The position numbers and the translations under genes are program-made. From the IMG/VR virus record IMGVR_UViG_3300027280_000002, positions 47,330 to 111,329 of that record: a DNA stretch of 64,000 nt. The stretch is one strand, 5' to 3'. Below are positions 20,772 to 31,200 of this stretch, one piece after another (the stretch's first letter is position 1; every line of letters begins with the position of its first letter). The notes beneath the pieces are model-generated. The model saw only the letters and a list, made by a program, of their open reading frames with translations. It ran no database searches and was not told the origin of the DNA. This DNA comes from a virus.

Positions 20772-21440
20772 ATGACAGAATCAATACAAATACAATCAAA
20801 TAACATTGGTATAGATGCAGGTCCATTTAATATATTTTCCCAAGTAAATGGATTTACAGAAGCATTTGAAACTGATATAACACCTGTGCAATTACTTATC
20901 GGATTTATTTCTTATAATGCACCTGTTGGAACTACGACTATACGAGTGGTATCAACTAGTGAGGATTGTAATGATTATGTAGAGGAGACAGTAGACGATG
21001 TTCCACTCTGTCAAGATAAGGTAGTGGTATTTCAAGTTTGTAACTCAAACGCTTTAGTAGATGATAATTTTGATGTTTTTCTAAATGGAGTTTTAATTGG
21101 AAACTTAGACTTGCAACAACCTGCTCAAGTTGGTTCAGTTTTCATAGGCAGTACTTCTACTTTAACTATAGGAACTTCAGATTTCACATGTCCTTTAAAC
21201 TTAATGCAGGAGTTCTTTTTTGACCCTGCTCTTATATCTACTACTAATGTTATAGATATGGTAAATACCCAAAATAATGGAAACGGTAATGCAGGAACAT
21301 TTGAAATAAGAAACTATGAATTAACCGGCACTGTGTTATCAAATGCTTGTATTGTAAAAAATGCTAATTTTGAAGGAGTTAGTGGTGATAGTTTTCAATT
21401 CGATTGGAACTATACTCAATGTTGTCCAGACCCCACATAA
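20772..21440 (+). CDS. GPF-module protein with beta-sandwich head (222 aa)
   Basis: ATG 20772 is preferred over the track's overlapping start at 20730. AGPFNIFSQ module, then VCNSNALVDDNFDVFLNG domain. Confidence 0.7.
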   Translation: MTESIQIQSNNIGIDAGPFNIFSQVNGFTEAFETDITPVQLLIGFISYNAPVGTTTIRVVSTSEDCNDYVEETVDDVPLCQDKVVVFQVCNSNALVDDNFDVFLNGVLIGNLDLQQPAQVGSVFIGSTSTLTIGTSDFTCPLNLMQEFFFDPALISTTNVIDMVNTQNNGNGNAGTFEIRNYELTGTVLSNACIVKNANFEGVSGDSFQFDWNYTQCCPDPT

Positions 21441-21442
21441 AA

Positions 21443-21504
21443 AAGTTCTCTTTTGTTGGTTTTAGAGAACTTCTCCTAGGGACTACATGTCCTTAGGAGT
21501 TTTT
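21443..21504 (+). terminator. Tandem hairpins, the second a Rho-independent terminator closing the adhesin cluster
   Basis: AAGTTCTC/GAGAACTT at 21443-21472, then CTCCTAGGGAC-tacat-GTCCTTAGGAG at 21473-21499 followed by TTTTT. Confidence 0.8.
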
Positions 21505-21505
21505 A

Positions 21506-21585
21506 TTTATAACGAGATTAGTTATAAAGAATAAGTGTCTCTAGTAAATTTATTTGTAATATCCAAAATAAATTCCATATCTTTA
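21506..21585 (+). promoter_or_regulatory. Palindromic operator plus Bacteroidota-type promoter
   Basis: TTTATAAC-N7-GTTATAAA 21506-21528; TTTG 21553-21556, 21 nt spacer, TATCTTTA 21578-21585. Confidence 0.65.
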
Positions 21586-21610
21586 CCATATTTAACTAAA
21601 ACCACATACT

Positions 21611-22852
21611 ATGTCGTACTCTGAAGATTTACTCGTCCAGTTAAAATCAATGTTAGCTTGGAAGAAGAGTAAAAAGTTTTATGCTGAGAAGTTGCAAATT
21701 ACAGAAGATGAAGTGAATGATTTGCTAAAAGATATTAAAAAGGAAAATAAAGATCCTTTAGAAGAATTTACAAAAGAGTCAAGTAAGTTTGAAGAATTAG
21801 AATTTGTAAGGAAGGTAAACAAAGAAAAGGGTACAGTAGAAAGTACTGTTACTTTAGACTTTGAACCAAAAAGTGAAATAGATTTAGCTGCATTGCACAA
21901 AATAGATCTATCTAAATATATAATTACTAATTACTGGTCTAAACTACTCCCTAGTGGAAAGTTTACATCTTCTGTGTTTTCTAAAAGAAAACAACCTAAA
22001 GATTATACACCAGAAGACTTTAAACAGTTTTTAGAAAACTATAAGTCAAACTACATTCCAACTCCTACACCAGAAAGAAACGATCACAAAGATCTTGTAG
22101 ATATTGAGTTATCTCTTTCAGATTTTCATTTAGCAAAACGATATGTAGATGGAGATAATGATCCTGGAACTAGAGCTGTTAGATTTATTAACGTAGCTCA
22201 AAAGCTAATAGACAAAGTTAAATCAGTATATGATATAAATAGAGTGGTCTTCCCTATATCAAATGATTTTTTCCATACCGATAATTATCAAAATCAAACA
22301 ACAAATGGAACACCTCAAGATGTCATATTAGATTATGCCACTGAGTATGAATTAGGATTTTCTATTCTTGTAGACACCATTAAGATGTTAAAGTCAAACT
22401 CTTTGGATGTTCAAGTGATATTGGTTCAAGGTAATCATGATAGAACTAAATCATTTTATTTAGCACATGCGCTAGATGTATACTTTCAAGATGAACCAAA
22501 TGTATTCTTTGATAGAGAAGAAGGTTTAGTAAAAGCAACCGTAATAGGTAATACATTCATTGGTTTTCATCACGGTAATTGTAAAATAGAGGCACTACCT
22601 TTATTATTTGCAACACACCCAAAGTATAGTAAATGGTTTGGAGATTCTACATATAGAGAAGTTCACACTGGTGATAAACATCACTATATGGCTAAAGAAA
22701 TCAAAGGAGTGAGAATACAGCAAATGCCTAGTTTATCTGGAACAGATAGGTGGCATAAAGATAATAATTTTGTACATAGTGTACGAGCTGCTCTAGCTTT
22801 AGTCTATGACTTTAAAGTAGGAAAGGTAGCTGAATTTGAAGAAAGAATATAA
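21611..22852 (+). CDS. Calcineurin-like metallophosphoesterase with possible N-terminal HTH
   Basis: 413 aa; SDFH, NDFFHTDN, GNHD, HHG and HTGDKHH metal-binding motifs. Confidence 0.8.
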   Translation: MSYSEDLLVQLKSMLAWKKSKKFYAEKLQITEDEVNDLLKDIKKENKDPLEEFTKESSKFEELEFVRKVNKEKGTVESTVTLDFEPKSEIDLAALHKIDLSKYIITNYWSKLLPSGKFTSSVFSKRKQPKDYTPEDFKQFLENYKSNYIPTPTPERNDHKDLVDIELSLSDFHLAKRYVDGDNDPGTRAVRFINVAQKLIDKVKSVYDINRVVFPISNDFFHTDNYQNQTTNGTPQDVILDYATEYELGFSILVDTIKMLKSNSLDVQVILVQGNHDRTKSFYLAHALDVYFQDEPNVFFDREEGLVKATVIGNTFIGFHHGNCKIEALPLLFATHPKYSKWFGDSTYREVHTGDKHHYMAKEIKGVRIQQMPSLSGTDRWHKDNNFVHSVRAALALVYDFKVGKVAEFEERI

Positions 22853-22854
22853 AC

Positions 22855-22998
22855 ATGGCAACAAAATACGGAAAACCTACCCCAGGTAAAAATGTAAAAG
22901 CTCCTAAGGTTCGTCCTTATAATATGAAAAATAATTATATGAGAGAGGCTGATCAATTAGGAGGTATACTAGGTAACAGAACACGCAAAACACCATAA
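22855..22998 (+). CDS. 47-aa basic microprotein MATKYGKPTPGKNVKAPKVRPYNMKNNYMREADQLGGILGNRTRKTP
   Basis: Fills the gap between 22852 and 23000 with 2-nt and 1-nt spacers. Not in the ORF track. Confidence 0.65.
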   Translation: MATKYGKPTPGKNVKAPKVRPYNMKNNYMREADQLGGILGNRTRKTP

Positions 22999-22999
22999 G

Positions 23000-23728
23000 A
23001 TGGCAACACTAAGAAAATTAGTTTCAGATGTGCGATCTATGCACAAGATATTATCAACAGACGCACTTATCACAGATCGAGCAATTGCTTCTGAGGTTAA
23101 GAATAATGCCCAATTGTTAATTAAGAGAGAAACTAATTTAAGAAAACTATGGGCTAGTGATACATTATTTACTACCATCCCATGTTTAGAAATGAAAGAA
23201 GTACCTATTTCAGAGTGCTGCGAGTATGCAGATGAATGTAATGTTTCAAGAACAGTATTTAAATTACCCAGAATATCTGAAGGTAATTATCAATACATAA
23301 TTCAAGGAGTATATTCTGTAGATGCTATGGGAGGTAGAGGTACTAAGTTAAAAGAAATAACTATTAACAGATTTATAAATTTGTTAAAGTTACCCATAGT
23401 AAAGAATGATTATTATTTTTGGATATCTAATGGATATTTATATGTTAATAATCCTTTACTAAAAGCTATAAGATTAGCTGCATTTTTTGAAGAAGATGTA
23501 CCTAATGAAATCATGTACCCAGAATGTGGGTGTGGAACTCCTGAATATACAGATGAGGAATATTGTAAGAATCCTTTAGATAAAGAATATGCATTACCTG
23601 GTTATTTAGAACAGCAAGCATTGTCACTAACCTCTCAAAAACTTCTAGCTACATATTTTCAAATTAAAACAGACATGAGTAATGAGGGAATAGATGGTCA
23701 GTCACCAAACGCCCAACCTACTCAATAA
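23000..23728 (+). CDS. Tail ring protein
   Basis: 242 aa; MATLRKLVSDVR start, YFWISNGYLY and DKEYALPGYL patterns; synteny. Confidence 0.7.
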   Translation: MATLRKLVSDVRSMHKILSTDALITDRAIASEVKNNAQLLIKRETNLRKLWASDTLFTTIPCLEMKEVPISECCEYADECNVSRTVFKLPRISEGNYQYIIQGVYSVDAMGGRGTKLKEITINRFINLLKLPIVKNDYYFWISNGYLYVNNPLLKAIRLAAFFEEDVPNEIMYPECGCGTPEYTDEEYCKNPLDKEYALPGYLEQQALSLTSQKLLATYFQIKTDMSNEGIDGQSPNAQPTQ

Positions 23729-23738
23729 TAAATTATAT

Positions 23739-24218
23739 ATGTCAAGAGTAGCAGTTGATTGGAGAAGTGCTAGTAAGAAAAGTTATGAGGATTTTTGTAA
23801 AAAGAACCCTCTAATATCTCTGAATTTTGATGAGTGGAAAAATATTCTTTATTCATTTAATGAATCATTTAAACACTATATCTTAGAAACAGGAGAAAGG
23901 GAAAAACTCCCTACTGGTTTTGGAGAGTTTTCTATAAATAAAAAGAAAAGAAAAAGAAGTAAAGATATTGATGGTAAAGAGTTTGTAAACTTACCTATTG
24001 ATTGGGTAAAAACTAAAGAGAAAGGTAAACGTATCTATAACTTTAACTATCATACAGAGGGTTATTTCTTTGGATGGATGTGGTTTAAACAAACTGCAAG
24101 ATTTAGAAACTCAGACCTTTGGTACTTTAAACCTTCTAGAAGAACATCTAGAGACCTGTCTCATTACTTAAAGACAGATTCTAAATATCAACACACTTAC
24201 AATGAATGGAAAAAATAA
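23739..24218 (+). CDS. IHF/HU-like protein of the crAss tail module (159 aa)
   Basis: ATG 23739 preferred; basic; EKLPTGFGEFSINKKKR resembles the IHF/HU arm; lies between ring genes. Confidence 0.6.
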   Translation: MSRVAVDWRSASKKSYEDFCKKNPLISLNFDEWKNILYSFNESFKHYILETGEREKLPTGFGEFSINKKKRKRSKDIDGKEFVNLPIDWVKTKEKGKRIYNFNYHTEGYFFGWMWFKQTARFRNSDLWYFKPSRRTSRDLSHYLKTDSKYQHTYNEWKK

Positions 24219-24221
24219 GTT

Positions 24222-25226
24222 ATGTCATACTACTATAAATACGATTTTGTATCCCCTGAACCTCTATACGCAACAGTAAAAGAAGAACTTAAAAGTTACT
24301 TTGATACTGGAGCTGTAGATGATTTATTATTTCCTACTTACTTAGACAAATGTCTTAGAAAGATGGGTAGGACAACTTATCAAATTACCACTGAAGTTTT
24401 ACTTATAGATGACTATCAATCAAGACTTCCAGATAATTTTCATGCAGTTAGAGAAGCGTGGATGTGTGCAGTTATACCAGGAAACCCTTATCCTGCAGCA
24501 TCTTCATTTTATTCACAAGCTGCCAATGCTACCACCATTCAAGTTGCTCCATTAACTATTGGAGGTTCACCCTGTAATAGACCTGATTGTCAACATCCTA
24601 GTTGTGACGGAACTTGTATGCCAGAGGTTGTGCAAGCTGTTTATAAAACAAATGCTGAGATACCTAGATCTTATAGACGAACATACTTACTTCAACCAGG
24701 TAATATATCTGCAAGAAAAAACTGTAACTTATCATATACTAGTTCTTTTGATCAGTATAATCAATTAGCTGTAGCAGGTGCTAACTTTACTCCTGGTGCT
24801 TCTTCTTACGATTCTTTTGACATTAGAGATAATAAGTTTATAACAAATTTTAGAAATGGTGTAATACACTTAGTCTTTTATTCAACAGATTATGATAAAA
24901 TAGGAAATCAATTAATTCCTGACAATTATCGTGTTCGAGAATATATTGAATCTTTTATTAAGTTTAAAGTTTTTGAGACTTTAACTAATCAAACAGTAGA
25001 TGAAACATTTAATCAACTACAAACTAAGTTAGTTTACCATAAACAAGTAATGGATGAAGCTTGGATAATGGCTGAAACAGAACTTAAAAAACAAACAGTA
25101 TATCAGAAACAAAGAGCAATTGTTACTGACTTAAATCGTTTTAATCAATATGAACTTCCTGACTCAAGATCTCAAGTATCTGGTAGATACACTAACAGGT
25201 ACGGAAGACGTAATGGAAATAGTTAA
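24222..25226 (+). CDS. Tail tubular/ring protein
   Basis: 334 aa directly upstream of the muzzle; RLPDNF, FITNFRNGVIHLVFY and LIPDN motifs. Confidence 0.7.
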   Translation: MSYYYKYDFVSPEPLYATVKEELKSYFDTGAVDDLLFPTYLDKCLRKMGRTTYQITTEVLLIDDYQSRLPDNFHAVREAWMCAVIPGNPYPAASSFYSQAANATTIQVAPLTIGGSPCNRPDCQHPSCDGTCMPEVVQAVYKTNAEIPRSYRRTYLLQPGNISARKNCNLSYTSSFDQYNQLAVAGANFTPGASSYDSFDIRDNKFITNFRNGVIHLVFYSTDYDKIGNQLIPDNYRVREYIESFIKFKVFETLTNQTVDETFNQLQTKLVYHKQVMDEAWIMAETELKKQTVYQKQRAIVTDLNRFNQYELPDSRSQVSGRYTNRYGRRNGNS

Positions 25227-25231
25227 TACAC

Positions 25232-28200
25232 ATGGCTACTAAAAAAGAAATTGAAGACGATAAGAAGAAGAAGGCAGCTTCTAAGGCAAAAACTGATAAA
25301 GCTCAACAAGGTCAAGTAAGACTAGAGTTTAATCAGGCAATGTCTGGCTTAAATATGGATAGCACAATTAACCAAGTAGCGACAGGTAGTCTTACTTATG
25401 CGTTAAATGCAACTGTAGAAAACTTTGACTCTAGTTCTGTTAATTATCAAAATGAACCTGGTAACGAACCTTGTTTTAGTTTTCCTGATGGTTATGAACT
25501 TATTGGAAAACATACTATTCCTGAAAAAGACAAAGACATATTCTTTTTAACTAACCCCACTACTGGAGGTAGTGAAATTGGATTCATGTTTAATAATGAT
25601 TGTCAATATAAAACGCTAATCAATGCTCCATGTTTAAACTTTAATGTAGATCATCCTATACCAAAAGTCGTACATAGAATAACAAACTGTACTACAGAAA
25701 TATATTGGACCGATGGATTTAATGCTAGAAGATATTTGGATATAGAAAACATTCCTTATATACTTGCACCAGGAACAACTCCTACTTGTGATCCTGTAGA
25801 AACAGATCAACTAGACTGTAATCAACTTAAGATACAACCTGACTTTCCAATACCATTTTTAAATGTAGATGAGGTGACTAATGTAGGATCATTAGTTGCT
25901 GGAACCTACCAATTTGCTATACAGTATTCTGATGCAGTAGGTAATGATTTAACGTCATACTACTCAATAACCAACCCATGTCCAATAGCTGATGCACTTA
26001 TAACAACAGTAAATTTTAACTATCCAGTAGGAAAATCTATAGTTGTAAAAATATCTAACTTAGATATCTCAGGACAATTTAATTACTTTAATTTAGCAGT
26101 AATTAAAACTATAAATAATATTTCCTCTGTTGAATTAGTAGGGACATATAACATTACAGACGTTAGTGAAGAAATAACATATACAGGTGCAGATCAAACA
26201 GCCAAAAGATTATCTATGTCTGATATATTTGAGAAATATCCGTATTATGACATAGCACAAGATATAACATCTGTACAAGATATTCTAGTATGGGATAATT
26301 TAACTTCTATAGATAGGATAAATTATCAGCAGATAGCTAGTAACATAACTTTGAAGTGGGAATCTTATAGGATACCTCCTGGTGAAAATTATTCTGATGA
26401 GAATAATGCTACTAATTTACGTGGATACATGCGTGATGAAGTTTATGCATTTGAGATAGTGTTCCTTCTTAAGAATGGAAAACAAACTGATTCTTTTCAC
26501 ATTCCAGGACCTCCTAACCTTAATATAAATCCTGATGTACCTGACACAAATGATGACTTTATTGGTGATCCAGATTATGTTGAGAATGGTATAGGGTATA
26601 GCTCATATTGGAAGATATATAACAACGCTATTAATTTAGGAGCTTCTCCAACTGCTACAAGTGCTGACGATTACAAAGGACCATGGGAATATGGAGAATT
26701 TGCATATTGGGAATCAACAGAAAAATACCCTTGTAATACAGATGTATGGGGAGACTTAGCTGATCAACCAATCAGACATCATAAATTTCCAGATGTATTG
26801 GTTAGTCCTATTATAGAAAATAGCACAATCACTTATGATGGTAATAACATTGTTCCTACAATGCAGGATGATGCAGTTTTTCCTATTGGAGTAAAAATTA
26901 ACAATAGTCAAATCTCAGGTCTGATACTAACCTCTGATCTAACACAAGACCAAAAAGATGATATTGTAGGGTTTAAGATTGTTAGAGGAGATCGTAGTAC
27001 TAACAGGTCAGTAATAGCTAAGGGTATACTCAGAAACATGGGCAAGTATTCAAGAAATGATCAAGAGTACTATTACCCTAATTATCCCTATAATCAAGTT
27101 TCTGGAGAAGACTCTTTTCTTCAAGAAAACAATAATGCATGGAATTATAAATCTAAAGCATGGCTCGTATATATGCCAGATCAAGAAACAACAAGTTTAT
27201 TTGATTGGGGTTCTCTTAATTTTGGTAGTGTAGATATAGATGTTAATGTTGAAGAAGGTGTATTTACATATACAAGTATTGTTAATGGTAGAAATACACA
27301 AGCTAAGATTCTACCTAATTGTATTATAGAAGTATGTTCTCTTACACGACCTGTAGCACTTAGGGGTCTTATGACTGTAGGTCCTGCAGATTTTGATGCA
27401 TGGCGTGGATTTCATGGGCAAAAAGTGTTTGCTGCAGGATATGCAATTAAATCAGAAAATCCTTTTAATAACTTTAATTTTGATGGTACAGTAGCTTCTA
27501 GACGATGGTTGGATTATCAAGGTTCATTAACTTCAGGAGGTGGTGATACGTGTACTGTTCTTACCAATGTGGATTATGATTATGATTATGATAATTTATA
27601 TGGACAGGTTACTGAAAGTGGAGATGGTCATATATGGAAACCTCAAGTTTCAGGAGCTAATTCTGGCTTATCAATTCCAAGAATAAATTTAAATGGTATT
27701 ATTCCTGGTCCTTGTTTTGAAAGTGATGACATTTCTACTGAAGAAATAGAAGATGACGCATTAATAACATATCCTCCAGGTACATTTGATCCAGCTAACG
27801 AATGTCCAGAAGGACAAAGTGCAGCTTGTCAAGAATGTATAAAAACAGAAAATCCAGATAACATAACTCCTTGGCCACAAGCTGCTTTTGGGCAGCCTAC
27901 AAATCCCCTTCCTCAACTTAGTAACGGTGTCCCATCACAATCTTTTCCGCTTCCAACAAATCAAACAAATACATTTACTCCAGCAGTTGATGTAAATCAA
28001 ATGGACGGATCTATAAATGGGACAACTTCAAGATGGAGTAGAAGATCATGTTTAGCATGTGATAGAGATATACCTATTAAACCATTAGAGGGAGCAGAAT
28101 ATGATTCAGTAAAAGATATTTTAGAAAAACAAATATTTAATTCTCCTGACACGTCTTTTGGACAACCTTTCTTAGGTAGTGTATTAAAACTAGAGAGTGT

Positions 28201-31200
28201 AATGTTTGGGGCAGGTAAAGGTCATTTTGTAGAAGTTAAAGATAATGCCAAATACAAACTTTTATCTAAAGAAGCTCAAGAAGATGCACTTAGGAGTTCA
28301 GAAAGAATAGCTAGCATAGGTTCTGGTGGATTTAATGCTGGTATAATGTTTACAGTTTATCAGTCCTATCTTACTATATATATAAATGGAATAACAAGAA
28401 AGAACTATGGAATGTCTTTCAATTCACGAGCAAACTATGACTACTCTTACCCTATTGATAATAATGTTAAAGGTGGCATCAAACAGAGAGAAATAGAACT
28501 TACAAGATATTTAATACCAGGAGTACAATCATTTAATAATAATGATTTGCCTATAAATAACTGGAATAGAGAATCATCTGTATATATAAAAACAAAAATT
28601 AATGATGACATATTAGCTTTTCCTCTTCCACAAGATACGCCTAGTTTAACATCACCTGATGGTACATCTAGCATGGTTGAGTTCTCTAGATTTAACATAA
28701 GTGAAATTGGAGCATGTGATGCACCAGAGAAAGAAAAGGACATGAAGGTGGTTTCATATTATGCTTCTATGAAAAACATTTTACCTAATCAATGGGGACA
28801 AATAAATTCATTCAAAAGAATTGATACTGGATATCAAAAAGGCATAGCTTCCTCAGGAGAGGATATTATATTTGGTGGAGATGTTTATATATCTAGATTT
28901 ACATTTAAAACTAAACTACCATTTTTTATAGACAATAGAGTAAATGCGCCTGATGATTCCGATATATTCTTTGATGAAATAGGCAACATTGCATATCCTA
29001 AATATTGGCACTCTGCTAGATCTATATTAAACGCTTATAGAGTTGAGGCTAATGATTCAAACATGCTTAACCTTATATCTACTAAAGCACATAATTTAGA
29101 TTGTCCAAGTGATCCTTCATTAATTACTGCACCATCAACTACTGCTCAACCTGTATCTACTTTTGCAGGGACATACAGATCATTCTATGATGGATTTATG
29201 TATTTATTTGCATACGGTGTACCAAACTTTTATTGTGAAAGTGTATACAATACAGACTTAAGGCAAGCTTTTAATACTAAAGAAGGTGACTTTTGGCCCC
29301 ATGTAAGCAGTAGTATTCCAGATGATTGGGTACAAGAAACAAACGTGCCTATTGCTCAAGATAATACTTATTACTATAATGTAACATTCTCTAAACAAAA
29401 TAAAGAGAATGTATTTACTCAACTCCCTCCAGATTGGGAAAATGATTTATGTTTTACATACTTTCCGTTTAGAGCTATTTATTCAGATACACAAGGAGAC
29501 AGTCCTGACAATAGAGTAAATAACTGGTTAGTGTATAGAGCTATTTCTTATCACGACTTTCCACAAAACTATGGTAATCTTACATCATTAGATGGTGTAC
29601 AAGATAAGGCTATCTTGGCAAGATTTGAGAACAAGGCATTGCTGTATAATAATTTATTAACTATTGATACAAGTAATCCTCAAGCAGCTTATGTAGGTAA
29701 CTCTAGACTTTTTGATGGGTCACCCCCATTAGATTTTGCTGAAACAGACTTAGGTTACGTAGGGTCACAACATAAGTTTCTACTTAAGGTCCCTTATGGT
29801 CAAATTACTGCAGACGCTAAGAGGGGACAAATCTTTTTATTAAATGGAAATAAACCTGTTGACATGACAGCTTATGGGTCAGGGGTGAATAGATTTATGA
29901 CAAGTAGTTTACCTTTTGAAATTTTAGAATACTTTCCAGAAGTAAATGTAGACAATAATTTTACAGGATTTGGATTACACGGTGTGTACGATAGTAAGTT
30001 TGACAGAGTGATTATTACAAAAATTGATTATATTCCTACAGACAGTTCGGTATTCTACGATAAAGATGATAAAAACTTTTATATACCAATAGAGGGTTAT
30101 ACTGATACTTCTGGTAATCAAACTATCAAACAAGAAGTATTCTTAAACGATAGAAAGTATTTCTGTAATAAGTCATGGACTATGTCATTTGATTTTAATA
30201 CAAAAAGCTGGATATCGTTTCATAGTTATTTACCAAACTTTTATATAGGAGAAAATAACTTTTACTATTCAGGGATTAACGGATGCTGTACAAACTTTAC
30301 TGCTATTCTTGATAATCCAAGTAGAAGTAAAATAGATACAGAGTCTCCTAATTTAGAGATGATAGTTGGAGAACTTGATGGCGTTGTTAAAATTACTACA
30401 ACAACCACCACTACAGGTCTTCCTTTATTTACCACTACTACTACAACAGCATATGTTCCTGATTGTGAGTTTGATATAAATGTAGTAAGTAAGTTAGATT
30501 GTCAAATGGAAGGAGTGGGTTACATTACTGTACCAACCCCTACTACTACAACAATATGTGCTAGACCTGATAGTTTAGTTATTTCTAATTTTACAGAAGG
30601 TTATCAAATTACAGGACAAGCTTCTCCAGTTTTAGGTACACTCTCTGCACAGAAAGCTTGCGCAGTGGGTAGTTTTGTAAGAGTAGCAAATCCTCTAGAA
30701 ACAGTAGATATAAATTTCCAATATCAATATGAATTTCCAAAACCAGTTACAGTGGGTCAGATTTTATATTTTGGAGGTGGTAGTGATTGCACATTTGTAC
30801 CAGATGGCTGGTACACTAGTAGTGAAGATGGTTGGAATAAAGCCTACTATGTTGAAAATTCAAGATTAGAAGAAATAATACCATGTGATTGTAATACACT
30901 TACCACAACAACCACTCTTTATGATGGGGAATTAACAGAATGCTGTGGTATTATATACAATGATGTAAATGGTAATGTAAAACTTTCAAACATAGCATCG
31001 TCTCACTCTGTAGATTCAGATAATTTTCACACTATAGTTATCCCAGGATACACTACTGGTAAGTTAGCTGTTGGCCCAACTGCTCTATACGGAGTTTCAC
31101 CAGGTATCAGTACATCATTTAAGAAATGGACAATTACAACAAGCCCATGGACTGTAGTAGCAGATTCAGATTTAGTAATAGCTGATAATGCATTTGGTAC

